IMG/VR virus record: IMGVR_UViG_3300005656_000005
Coordinates: 13,239-77,238 of that record
Length of the DNA stretch: 64,000 nucleotides
Reading direction: 5' to 3' (one strand)
Origin: a virus
Lineage: Duplodnaviria; Caudoviricetes
Part shown: positions 19,948-30,600 of the stretch, one piece after another
Position numbering within the stretch: position 1 is the stretch's first letter
Layout: each line of letters begins with the position of its first letter
Position numbers and translations under genes: made by a program
Notes under the pieces: model-generated
Seen by the model: the letters and a program-made list of their open reading frames with translations, nothing else
What the model was told of the DNA's origin: nothing
Database searches by the model: none

Positions 19948-20367
19948 TTATTTTTTAATTGCTATTTGATTTGCTGGTTTATAATTAACCTTTACTGATT
20001 CAGTTGCCCCGTTCCACCCTTTTACCAATACAAAACTTTCAGGTAATAATCTGTTTTCCAATGCCTCAATTACCTTATTATTTGATGCTACTATATCCTC
20101 ACATATTTTCTGTACCGAAGTTACAAATTCTTTTGGGTTTAAATCTACTTTTACCTCTGGTTTTGGAATATCCTGGATTGCTGATACTAACTTCTCCATT
20201 TTATCAGCCTGATTATTAAATGCGACCACTACTGCTTTATCATCTTTATTATTTAAAGCAGTGGCTAACCCGTTAAAAGCCTTAATCAGTGCTTTGTTAC
20301 GTTTGTCAGCCTGAATATCATCAAACTCCCGTTCATCTATTTCTTCTATATCGTCAATCATAAACAT
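19948..20367 (-). CDS. Hypothetical protein (true start probably ATG at 20361, ATGA overlap)
   Basis: Overlaps the TGA of the 1403-aa gene. Confidence 0.55.
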   Translation of the reverse strand: MFMIDDIEEIDEREFDDIQADKRNKALIKAFNGLATALNNKDDKAVVVAFNNQADKMEKLVSAIQDIPKPEVKVDLNPKEFVTSVQKICEDIVASNNKVIEALENRLLPESFVLVKGWNGATESVKVNYKPANQIAIKK

Positions 20368-23300
20368 TTTATTAATGCTTCAAGTCGCTTACTTCTTTTA
20401 ATTAAATCATTCTGAATATCCCGTTTGGTTTCATCCTTTTCTGTTATTCTGCTCTTTGATTTAACTTGCCTTTTTTTACCTGTCAATTCATTTAATTTTG
20501 GATCGCTCTGTTCAATAAACTTCAAACTCAAATCAGGCTTTATTACCTTCTCTATCTCTGCATCCCTTTCTTTTTCAAGTTTGGTTATGGCTTCGGTCTT
20601 TGGTTCGGCTACCTCTCCCCCTTTACCACTACCTTCTACTACATTAGATGTTAGTGGTTCTGCTTTGGGAGTGGATAGGGATTGTTCTTTGGTTGCAAGT
20701 TCAAGTATTTCTTTTGGCACTTCTAATTCAGCACTCTCAATAATTTTTTTGGCATCATTCGCTGTCATTGCCCCTTCTTTTACAGCTTTTTCATATTTGC
20801 CATCTGCCAATGCTATGCTTATAGATAATTTACTACTTGGTAAAAACTTCCCTTCACTATGTAACTTTTCATACTCTTTTACTGTATCGTAATCTTTTTG
20901 ACTGAAAAAATCTGCTTTGTTTTTAAGCAAAAATTTCATATAAGCATCTAAATCTTTTATTTCTGTATTTTCATAAACGCCGTCTTTAGCTTTTATGCCA
21001 ATAGAATTAAGATACTTTTCATACAAACCGTCAGTACCGCTCCACCCCATTATCTTATTGGATATATACCTTGCTTCGTTAAATATACCTTCCCATTTAT
21101 CCCTATTTTTAACATCGTATTCAGCAATATCATACATCCATGCAGGCTTGCTATTACCCTTTAAGTCCACATCATTCCCAATGATAGATTTAGTTCCATT
21201 TTGGGTATTGCCGATACGTTTATCCATATCCTTTTCCCCATCAATATTGACAATTTCTTCATTCTTAATACCATTTTTTTCTGTTTCATTTTTGTTTATT
21301 TTAATGTTATCTACTACTCCATCCTTACCTGATTGCTGTTCGGTAGGGGGTGGTACAACTTCTGTTGTAGCTACTTCTGGTTGCTGATTAAGTTTAGCCA
21401 GTAGCATTTTAGCGTTTTGATCTGCTACTTTAATTGCTTCTACATTTGACAGGTTATCAACTTCGGGTAAGTTTTCTTTTGCAAGAGCAAGTTTTTCCTG
21501 CATTGATAATTCACCCCACTGTTTTTTTACTTCCGCTTCTGTCTGTACTGGTTCTACATAATTTTTCTTAAAGGCTGCTAACCTTTCTTTTTTATTGGTG
21601 GGTTGTTTTACTTCTTCCGGTTTTACTTCCGGCTGTGTGGTTTCAACTGGTTTGGCAGGGTATAATTCAATAGCTGCGTTTGTCAATCCTTCCCCAAACT
21701 GATTTACAGTGCTATTTAAAGCCATTGTTGCCATTTCGGCTGCATCTTCACCTTCGTATGGATTTCCTTTATCATCAAGGTTCTGTGCTTGCTGTGCTAT
21801 CATTTTTAAGGCTGCTTCATCTTCCATGTTCTGAAACACTCCTAACTTACCTGTTTCTCTTGCTGCATTTAATAAATCAATGGCTTCTGCTGTAGCATCG
21901 GTTGTTATTTTTTCATCAGTTGTTTCTTCTGTGGTAGTTTCGGGTGCGACTTCTGCTACAGGTTCTACCACATTTCCAAATTCATCAATCTGAACTTTAT
22001 TATCTAAAAGCTGTGTTTGTTGGCTATTAAGATTTTTTAATTTTTCATCAATCTTTTTAATTACCGCTTCATCTTCAACTCCTTTTTTCTGTTCAATTAA
22101 TAATTTCTGTGCTGTTGAATTTGCTACAAATAATTCTTTTTGTGGACGGGTTAATTCCCTGCCAATAACCTGCTCTGCTTTTTTCAGTTCCGATAATCCA
22201 ACTTCTGCTGTATTAAGTAATGATATTTTACTGTTCAATTCCTGTTGATCGTAATTACCTTGCTTAAAGCCTATCATTAAAGCGTCCATTGCTTCGTCCT
22301 TGTAAACTGCTGCATTATAAATAACAGATGAAGGTGCAATATTCCTTTCTTGCTGAACATCTTTATGAACTCCCATCCCTCCAATAAGCACAGTACCAAT
22401 AGCTGTTTGAATAGCAGTGTTTTTTGCATCTTCAATTGCCTTACCCACATTCATATTCGGATCTCCAAATAACATTCTTGAACCGCTTTCAAAAAGGCTT
22501 GTGGCAGTTTCTTCCAATGTTTCTTTTCCTATGTTGGTTGCATATTTTTTACCATAATCCAGAAATTCATTTTTTGCTTTGGTTAAAAGTTGGGTAGCTA
22601 ATTTATCAGTAAAACCTTCTGTTCCCATTTTAGATGCCAATTCAGAATAAGCACCTTTAACGCCTTGGATATTAAATAATTTGCTTTCAGGGAATATTTT
22701 TTCACTTGCTCCATTGGCTAAAGCAATTAAGCCTGCATAAGTTGTTCTACCTAACCCGCTTTCAATAGGTAAATCAAAAGCATCTTTATACGCCTGATCG
22801 TAACTGGTTAATGTACCACTACTCCAAAATCCTGCACCTGATGCAGCCACTTTTGAAAGACCTGCTAATCTTCCCAATCCTGCGGTTGCTGTCTGCATTA
22901 AACCTTGTCCAATAACCTGACCTGTTGTGTTAGCAATATTTTGTGCTGTGCTGGCTGCTGTAGTTAATTGTAATTCGTCATTTGCACCTACCGTTGTTGG
23001 AAATAATTCTGCTGCTTTTTTTTCTGAAAGTGCAGTAACATCATCCCTTACACCTACTATATCTCCCAATGATTTTACAGAACTTGTAAAGACTTCTTTG
23101 ATGGCTTTTATAGGTTCACCAAAGAAACTGTAATCTTTAACACCTACGCCGCTTTCTGCATCATCAATGGCATCTTTTACCACTTGGCTATTCATATCAT
23201 AGCCCTGTGCTTTTAAATGTTCTTTTAGCGTTATTCCTTTATACCCACTTTCTTCATATCCTTTTACATTCCCACTTTGTATGGCATTGAAATTATTTAT

Positions 23301-24569
23301 ATCTGCAATAACAGATTGCTTTAAAAGTATCGGATATTCTTTTTGTAAAACCTGTGGTGATTTGTAATCTTTTTGCTTTGATGCTATATCATCTTTTAAT
23401 TGAGTAACCATTTGCTGATAAGTAACCTTTTCTTCTTCGGTAAGCGTTCCTGCATTTGCTTTTTCAGTAGCCAATTGAACTATATCGGATAAGGCAGCTT
23501 GTTTGTAAATTATGTTTTGTCTTATGGAATTATTAAGCCTGCTTTCTACTGCTGCATTTACAGAATTTAAGTTTTTGTTTTCTTCATCTTCATCCCTAAA
23601 TAGTTTTCCTAACTCATTACGTCCTGATGCGTCTTTTATTCTTCTTTGTTCTTTTGCTTCTGTAATATTTTTTAGTTCGTTCTTAAAAACTAAATCCCCA
23701 ATTTTTTTAACCCCGGCATCATAAGTAAGATTCCCATTAGCTACTTCTGTTTCTACTTTCTGTATAATATCTTCCCCTATTGTTGCTTTTAAAGTATTTA
23801 GAACTTTATCATTCCTGTTTTTAATAGGGTTGTAATATTGTTGCTGTGTAGCTATTAATGATTTATCAACGTAACCTTCATCATCTTGTTCCAGCGTTCT
23901 TTTTTTGCCATTAATTACTACTTCATTAAGGGAATTAAATTCACGTTCTGTTTTTTGGTTGTAAGCGTTCTGTATTTTATCAATGTAAAGACTTGCTGTT
24001 TCCGGTGTGGCAAATACCCCATCAAAAGTATCAGATAGCCCTAAATCTGAATTGGCTTTCTTAACTAAATTATCAAGTTCTGTGGCTTTTGTTTTTTTAA
24101 CGGTATCAAACTCAATCATAATACCTTTCCCGTCCCTGCCTTGTGCATACGCTTCTACTGCTTCAACTGGTTTATTTGTTGTGGTAGCAATAACCTGTAA
24201 ATCTATTTGCTCTGGAGTTTTTGAATTAAGCCTTTGCTGTAATGAAGTACGGTATCCTTTTTTATCAATTATATTGGCAGGTATGGCATCATCCGGTATT
24301 TCTACTTTGCCTAAAACCTGGCTGTTGGTAATAATAGAATTATCCTTCTTTTTTTTATTTATTTCAAAAGCGGGGTCAAGAAAATTTTCAGTAAAGTTTT
24401 CAGTTGATTTTAATTGGGGATTGGAAGTGCCAACTGTTCCACCATCGCTTCCATCTACTGAAACGGTATCTCCAACTTTTTTTTTTACTGGGATACCAAA
24501 TTCATCCACAAGTTCTGTGGATCTTTTCTTTTTAATCGGTATTCCAAATTCGTCTGCGTTAGGAAACAT
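20358..24569 (-). CDS. Large internal virion (ejection) protein
   Basis: 1403 aa, helical K/E/A-rich, duplicated N-terminal DEFGIP(I/V)KKK, Gly/Ala hydrophobic mid-segment; follows two smaller ejection-type genes. Confidence 0.65.
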   Translation of the reverse strand: MFPNADEFGIPIKKKRSTELVDEFGIPVKKKVGDTVSVDGSDGGTVGTSNPQLKSTENFTENFLDPAFEINKKKKDNSIITNSQVLGKVEIPDDAIPANIIDKKGYRTSLQQRLNSKTPEQIDLQVIATTTNKPVEAVEAYAQGRDGKGIMIEFDTVKKTKATELDNLVKKANSDLGLSDTFDGVFATPETASLYIDKIQNAYNQKTEREFNSLNEVVINGKKRTLEQDDEGYVDKSLIATQQQYYNPIKNRNDKVLNTLKATIGEDIIQKVETEVANGNLTYDAGVKKIGDLVFKNELKNITEAKEQRRIKDASGRNELGKLFRDEDEENKNLNSVNAAVESRLNNSIRQNIIYKQAALSDIVQLATEKANAGTLTEEEKVTYQQMVTQLKDDIASKQKDYKSPQVLQKEYPILLKQSVIADINNFNAIQSGNVKGYEESGYKGITLKEHLKAQGYDMNSQVVKDAIDDAESGVGVKDYSFFGEPIKAIKEVFTSSVKSLGDIVGVRDDVTALSEKKAAELFPTTVGANDELQLTTAASTAQNIANTTGQVIGQGLMQTATAGLGRLAGLSKVAASGAGFWSSGTLTSYDQAYKDAFDLPIESGLGRTTYAGLIALANGASEKIFPESKLFNIQGVKGAYSELASKMGTEGFTDKLATQLLTKAKNEFLDYGKKYATNIGKETLEETATSLFESGSRMLFGDPNMNVGKAIEDAKNTAIQTAIGTVLIGGMGVHKDVQQERNIAPSSVIYNAAVYKDEAMDALMIGFKQGNYDQQELNSKISLLNTAEVGLSELKKAEQVIGRELTRPQKELFVANSTAQKLLIEQKKGVEDEAVIKKIDEKLKNLNSQQTQLLDNKVQIDEFGNVVEPVAEVAPETTTEETTDEKITTDATAEAIDLLNAARETGKLGVFQNMEDEAALKMIAQQAQNLDDKGNPYEGEDAAEMATMALNSTVNQFGEGLTNAAIELYPAKPVETTQPEVKPEEVKQPTNKKERLAAFKKNYVEPVQTEAEVKKQWGELSMQEKLALAKENLPEVDNLSNVEAIKVADQNAKMLLAKLNQQPEVATTEVVPPPTEQQSGKDGVVDNIKINKNETEKNGIKNEEIVNIDGEKDMDKRIGNTQNGTKSIIGNDVDLKGNSKPAWMYDIAEYDVKNRDKWEGIFNEARYISNKIMGWSGTDGLYEKYLNSIGIKAKDGVYENTEIKDLDAYMKFLLKNKADFFSQKDYDTVKEYEKLHSEGKFLPSSKLSISIALADGKYEKAVKEGAMTANDAKKIIESAELEVPKEILELATKEQSLSTPKAEPLTSNVVEGSGKGGEVAEPKTEAITKLEKERDAEIEKVIKPDLSLKFIEQSDPKLNELTGKKRQVKSKSRITEKDETKRDIQNDLIKRSKRLEALIKCL

Positions 24570-24572
24570 CTG

Positions 24573-26492
24573 TTAATCTTTAATTGTTACTCCATTTGCC
24601 TTTAGTAATACTTCGTACTCTTTTGCACTATACCCTGCTGCTGCTGCTTTCGATGGTATATCTGACCTGTTAATTTCTGTTTTTGTTTTTGTACTTCCGC
24701 TTGTTGTTGTACCACCTCCATCAGTATTAGTGGTAATACCTCCTGTTACATCAATTCCCATGTAAGAGTTTAATTCTTTTGCACCTGAATTTTTAAGTTC
24801 TTCATTCAGTATATTTGTTCCGATATTATACAGGTTTGTTGATTTAGTATTGTCTAAATTACCCACAAGCATACCATCTTTTAAGACTTCTATTTCCACT
24901 TCTTTGCCATTTACTTTCCTGGGGCCAAAGACATTAATTTTGCCATCTACTAATTGTATTCCATATTTTTTACCGGATAAATCCAATGGCTTAAATCCTC
25001 CTGCTGTAATTATTTTTCCATCCTTATCTCTTTCCTCTGGAATTTCAATACCCAAATATTTAAGTTGCTCTACATTAAGCTGCCTTAATTTATCAGGTGT
25101 TATTACTCCATTAGAATCTGCAATTTTTAGCATATCAGCATAGATACGTTTAGCCCTTTCCATTGCACCGTTAATCTGTGTGCTACCACCTGATTGGGCT
25201 GCTTTCCACTTATCTTCTTCCAGTTTAAGTTGTTTCCCTTTTAAATACTGATCGGCTTTATTATTTCTTATGGTTTCTGCTAATGTTTGCTTTTGAATCG
25301 CATTATCATTTGAGGTTAATGTTTTATCTATTTTATCGGGTGCAGCTTTTGCAAACATATCAAGGAAAGATAAATCCTCTGGTTTTAATGGCTTGGTAAC
25401 GTCTATAAATTTTACATCGCTTTCCTTATCTCCACCAACAAGTAAAACTTTTTCACCTGTTACATCATCAATGTAAGATTTGTTTTTTATATCCTCCAGT
25501 CTTTTTTTAGCGTAATCGTTATATCTTTCTGCAACAGCTAATATACCACCAATAATAGGATTGTCTGATTTTACTTTTTCTACATCAACTTCTGTTGTTA
25601 GCGATGTTGTAGGCAATTCCCCGACTACATTAATTCCAGATGTGGTAGCTATTTTTTTATAATTAGGATCGTTTAATGCGCTATTAAAAAAGTTTGCAGA
25701 CGTTGCCCATACGCCAATATCGCTTTCTTCAAAAACTAATTTCTGTTGTTCATATTCTGCCTGTTGTTGCGGTGTTGCATTTGGTGGTAAAATAGGTGCA
25801 GCAAAACCATTCCCATTCAGGTACGCAATTTTCCATGTATTGCCTATTGAAAACTGTTTTATTGTTTCTTTAATTGTAGCATTACCATCAAGCCCTGTTT
25901 TAATAACGTCTACTTCATCTATAACTGCATCTCCATTTTTAGGAACTACTACTTTATGGTCAGGGATTTCCGGTAATATTAAAATATCGGTGCTATTAAA
26001 TAAATCTTCTGCCTGTTTAATCATTAACTCTTTTCTATTTGCAGGTATGGTGTTATCTCCCTGTACTTTTGCTTTATAGGCATCAAGTTTTATTTTACGG
26101 GCATTGGCAGCGTCTATTTTTTTAAGCATCCCTTGTATGTCAGTCTGAAAAGATACTTCTCTTGCCATTTTTTCTTTTGGACTTGATGGTGTTCCTAATC
26201 TTGCTTCTTTAGCCCTGCGTTCAATTAGCTGCGCCTGGGCTTCCATAAGTTCACCTTTGTCCTTTTCAAGTCCATTAACTAAGTCATAAGCTGTTAACTT
26301 TGCAAGTTGTTTTATTTTTTCATCTGCATCTATTTGTGCTTGGTCATACTGATCTTTTTTATACCTTAAAGTATAGGCATTTAATAACTCAAATGGTCTT
26401 GTGCTTATTTCAAATGCACCTGTGCTACCGCCACCTAATGAACTTTCACCACGATATTGGGCGGCATTTGATATTTCGTTTATTGTAGCCAT
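24573..26492 (-). CDS. Internal virion (ejection) protein
   Basis: 639 aa, no Cys, positioned after the small ejection protein. Confidence 0.6.
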   Translation of the reverse strand: MATINEISNAAQYRGESSLGGGSTGAFEISTRPFELLNAYTLRYKKDQYDQAQIDADEKIKQLAKLTAYDLVNGLEKDKGELMEAQAQLIERRAKEARLGTPSSPKEKMAREVSFQTDIQGMLKKIDAANARKIKLDAYKAKVQGDNTIPANRKELMIKQAEDLFNSTDILILPEIPDHKVVVPKNGDAVIDEVDVIKTGLDGNATIKETIKQFSIGNTWKIAYLNGNGFAAPILPPNATPQQQAEYEQQKLVFEESDIGVWATSANFFNSALNDPNYKKIATTSGINVVGELPTTSLTTEVDVEKVKSDNPIIGGILAVAERYNDYAKKRLEDIKNKSYIDDVTGEKVLLVGGDKESDVKFIDVTKPLKPEDLSFLDMFAKAAPDKIDKTLTSNDNAIQKQTLAETIRNNKADQYLKGKQLKLEEDKWKAAQSGGSTQINGAMERAKRIYADMLKIADSNGVITPDKLRQLNVEQLKYLGIEIPEERDKDGKIITAGGFKPLDLSGKKYGIQLVDGKINVFGPRKVNGKEVEIEVLKDGMLVGNLDNTKSTNLYNIGTNILNEELKNSGAKELNSYMGIDVTGGITTNTDGGGTTTSGSTKTKTEINRSDIPSKAAAAGYSAKEYEVLLKANGVTIKD

Positions 26493-26504
26493 TGTTATTT
26501 TAAA

Positions 26505-27158
26505 TTATCTTGTCACTATTGTTCCCGGTGCTGTTCCTGTTGTTCTTACTGGTGCTGGTGTTGTTGTTACTACCTGACCGCTATTGTTTAAAATTGTTGG
26601 TGGCGGTAAAGTATAATTGTCGTTATACAAATTATTTGATGCCAAATTCGTTACGCCTTGCATTGTTAAGTTCAACCCGCTATTTATTGTTTTATTGGCA
26701 TCTTCTTTTTGTTGGTTCAATGCAGCAATCAAATCTTTTGTTTGATTATCCTGCCATCCCCATTCTGCATCTCGGCTTTTTGCTACCATGTCCAATCCTC
26801 CAATATATTTCCCAAACCCTTCCAAATTAGTTGCATGAAACTTATCACCTACCGTTATTATGCCTTGCATATGCCTGTCAAATGCTGCTGCTGCATCATT
26901 CGGATCACCTCCTAATAATTGAACTACATCCAATTGATTTGCAAATGAACGGTTTATTAGATTGGTTTCATAATCTCTTGTTTGGGTATCCCCTTGTGCT
27001 TTATTTTGTAAAGCATTTAAGATGGTAAAAACTTCTTCCGGCGTTTCGTATGCCTTACGATTTTTTATCGCATCCTTTTGTTTTTTATTTGCTCTGGATG
27101 ATTGGTAAGCACCTACTCCGATGCTGACTACGCCCACAGCTATAGCTGCCCATGACAT
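26505..27158 (-). CDS. Small internal virion protein (T7 gp14-like position)
   Basis: MSWAAIAVGVVSIGVGAYQSSRANKKQK: hydrophobic Gly/Ala N-terminus followed by a basic helix, typical of first ejection proteins. Confidence 0.68.
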   Translation of the reverse strand: MSWAAIAVGVVSIGVGAYQSSRANKKQKDAIKNRKAYETPEEVFTILNALQNKAQGDTQTRDYETNLINRSFANQLDVVQLLGGDPNDAAAAFDRHMQGIITVGDKFHATNLEGFGKYIGGLDMVAKSRDAEWGWQDNQTKDLIAALNQQKEDANKTINSGLNLTMQGVTNLASNNLYNDNYTLPPPTILNNSGQVVTTTPAPVRTTGTAPGTIVTR

Positions 27159-27169
27159 TAGTTTTTAAT

Positions 27170-27667
27170 TTAATGTGTTACTAATTGTTGATTAGGAATA
27201 AAGGAATTATTTACATAATGTCCTCCTAACAACGGATTTTCATACTTAGCTAAAATTTGTTCCCCTACAAGTTCTGCTGCCGCTTCCTTTGCTTCATTGC
27301 TGTCATTTTCAGGCACTATATCTGTTGGGTGACAGGTTATCCATACACAATCATCCAATATCAATAAAACCCGCCTTGTATTAGGTCTGGTTATCCCCTT
27401 GTCACCGGCCTGTAAAAACTGTACGCCGTCATTTTCACTATAAACCGCAACCCTTCCTTTCATTATAAAATATGGGTGTTCTGTGTTATGAACTCTTGAT
27501 GTTACCCAGTTGTCTTTACCATCCTTTCCTTTTGGCATAAATATTTCTCTTATGTACATTCCAGGAACAAACGTATGGGTAACAGGACAAACAATAGGCT
27601 CATGGTTTAACATGGCTACCTCCAGTTTATCAATTAACCCGTTTGCTTTATTTTGTACTTCGTTCAT
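27170..27667 (-). CDS. Cupin-fold protein of podovirus tail/ejection modules
   Basis: HTFVPGMYIREIFMPKG...VTSRVHNTEHPYFIMKGRVAV. Confidence 0.65.
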   Translation of the reverse strand: MNEVQNKANGLIDKLEVAMLNHEPIVCPVTHTFVPGMYIREIFMPKGKDGKDNWVTSRVHNTEHPYFIMKGRVAVYSENDGVQFLQAGDKGITRPNTRRVLLILDDCVWITCHPTDIVPENDSNEAKEAAAELVGEQILAKYENPLLGGHYVNNSFIPNQQLVTH

Positions 27668-27699
27668 TTATATATAAAATTACTCTTTTTTTCGTTATA

Positions 27700-30600
27700 T
27701 TAAAGATTTCCTGTAAACCCGGTTTGCTCCGAAACAGAACTCTTTGAGATAATCAAATCCAATTCATCAAAGGCCACCCTTTTTACATCATTTGTGCTGC
27801 CATAAATCAATGCGTTTGTGTTATCCCTAACCAATGTAACGGCACAGAAATATCCTCTTGGTTTCTTACCTGCTACGTTTGGATCTGAACCATATAAACC
27901 ACCCCTGCTATTCTTATCGCATAGAAATTCTGCGTTCCATTTGTCCATTTTCTTTGTCCATCGTACAGGTGGAATTTCGCTTTCAAATGTGGTATCATCT
28001 ACTGTTACTTTTGATGCAAACCACATGGTTTCATCCTGAATTTCCATTGCCATTGGATTCTTTGCCTTGTCTGGGTTTTCATTTATGGCTATCCCTATCA
28101 CACAATCCACAGCTTGCCCAAAGAACTTATTGTATTCAATTGGAATAATGCTATGAATATATGGAACTCCTAAATAGAAACTTACAAATGCCGCCCCGGT
28201 ACTATTGTTAAATACTATGTTTGAATAGCCTTCCGGCGTATAAGATGCAAATGTTAAAAGTTCTTCTGTTCTGGGTTCAATTAAAATTGTGCTGCGGTAA
28301 TTTATAAACGGTTCCTGTTCATTATTTATTCCAGATTGGTTCAAGGCTTTAACTGTTAATTGTAATGCGTTAGTGTGGTAGTTCATACCTGTTACCCATC
28401 TCATTTTAGATACATCGTTAACGGCTGTGCTATTCACATTTTCCATGTACTGAATTGTTTTCTTTACCCACAAATTAAATTTGCCTTCTGAAATGTCTTT
28501 GGCAATATTAAAATCGTGTTTAACCAAGCAACCTTTCCCCTTGTCAATCCATGTAGCCCATCCATCATTAAAGTTTATAGAACCTATGCTATCATACCGG
28601 CATCCAAATATTCCGCTTATCTTAGGCTGTGTATCGCTTATTAAGGCATCTGCCGGTGCAGCTTGTACCATGCCGTTAGAATTTACCCTTAAAAATTCAT
28701 CTGAAATCTGGAATAAGAAACTGTCAAACTCTCCAATGCCCAAACCTATTTTACCATCATAAATTGCCATTGCAATTACATCGCCTTGCTCTGGGGCATC
28801 CAATGTTTTTTCCAGATCACCGAAACGATTAAACTGGCCTATTGAATTTATGGTTATGTTCCGGCCATGCCTTCTTTCGTTTTCAAATTTATTTACAAAG
28901 TGAACTTTACCCACATCGCTTAACCCCGTAAATATTCCTTCCGCATTTGCCTGTCCCCAAAAGTCTGATGGAAATTTATGTTCAAACTGTTGTGGCGGGT
29001 TACTCTCTAATGGGTTGCTTCCCTCAATTTGCCTTATTACAATAAATGTATCAAAAGTTGTAAATGTTCCTGATGGTATCGCTAACAGTTTTTGACCACT
29101 AATATCAATCAATGGCAATGATGCTATTTCAAAGTATGTTGGCTCTACTGTACATTCTCTTGGCCTTTGTAATTCTATTTTTGCACCAACGACTAAATCA
29201 TCCAGGTTGCCATCGTCACTAATCAATATCTGGTTAAAAAATTCTGCCGGGGCTTCGGCTTCGCCGCTTATTACCTTATCGTGGAATGGGCTAAGTATCT
29301 GATAATTTAATAAGCCAAATGTGGCTACATCAAATATGCTTCCATCTCCGTTGCTTATAAATTCAACCCTGTCATTTTTTTGGTATTGGTAAAGTGTATT
29401 GGTTTCAAAATTATAAGTAGCATTGTAGTCATTTAGGCTTTGAATAGTAAGTTTTATTTTACGATCTGCCGTCCTTTCAATTTTATCAATTACCCATTGG
29501 AGTTCATAATTATTTACATTCGTTCCCCTTACTATTTTTAAGCACGTACCCCAATCTGGCAATACCATTCCAATAGCACTATATGTAAAACTACAAAAAC
29601 TCAATACTCCTTTGTCCTGTGTTTTAGGTATGTCCAAATAATTATCTCCTGTTGGTAAACTACCGCTAAGTACCGTTGCCGGATATACAGCACTTAATCT
29701 TCCGCAATCTCCCTGCACAACAAAACCAAATGGATACCTGCCACCTGATTTAAGACCTCTGCCACTTACTAAAGCAGGTATCTTATTAAGACTTGCTGTT
29801 GGTAATATTTCAGTTGTATGTTGTGGAGAAAAACAGGCTGGTAATAAAGTATTTGCGGTTGAAGGTAAACATGGATTACAACCATCTGCACAGTCAGCCG
29901 TAAAGCAATTATTTACATCCATTATTACTGCTCTCACACTTCTTGCCCTTGTGCTGTAATTCCTTACTTCAAATGTAGCAATACCAGTAACGGCATCTGT
30001 TACCTGATATTTAGAACCGCTTAAAGCCACCCTTATGCCGCCTACTGGTAAATTATCACAATCTACTACAGGGATATTTACTGTTTCATAAAAGTCAGTA
30101 ATGTAGGTTGGGAAATCAACATTTGTTATTTGTGCATTTACCTGTACCATGTTATTGTACCTGCCATCCATTACTACTGTTTTCACAGTATTAAATCCTG
30201 CACCACAATTTGTTTCAACCCTTACCTGTACTGTTATTGTTTGTGTGTTATTACTTCCGTAATTATAGAAATTAAAAAAACCGTTATGATCTGTATAAGC
30301 CTTTATTACTCCGTTACTCCATAATTCAGCCCCCTCAACAGGGACATTATTTGCATCGGTTACATATCCGGTATAAGCAGATGAACTATGAGTACCTGTT
30401 TGAAATTTAAGATAGTTATCACTAATTATTAAGGCTTCATCTAATTCTACATCACCGGAACAGGTATCAAAATACAATTCTCTTGCCCTTTGATTTACTA
30501 TCCCACTTATATCTAAATACCCGGTATAACTGTGTATGTCAGGTATTGTACCTACAACAAATGTAGATGTTAATTGACCTTCTGACGGTATGCCATTGAT

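Noticed and set aside
10242-26492. Virion RNA polymerase among the giant genes
   Set aside because: No DxDGD/DFDID catalytic motif seen; the only acidic run (EDDDED) is low-complexity
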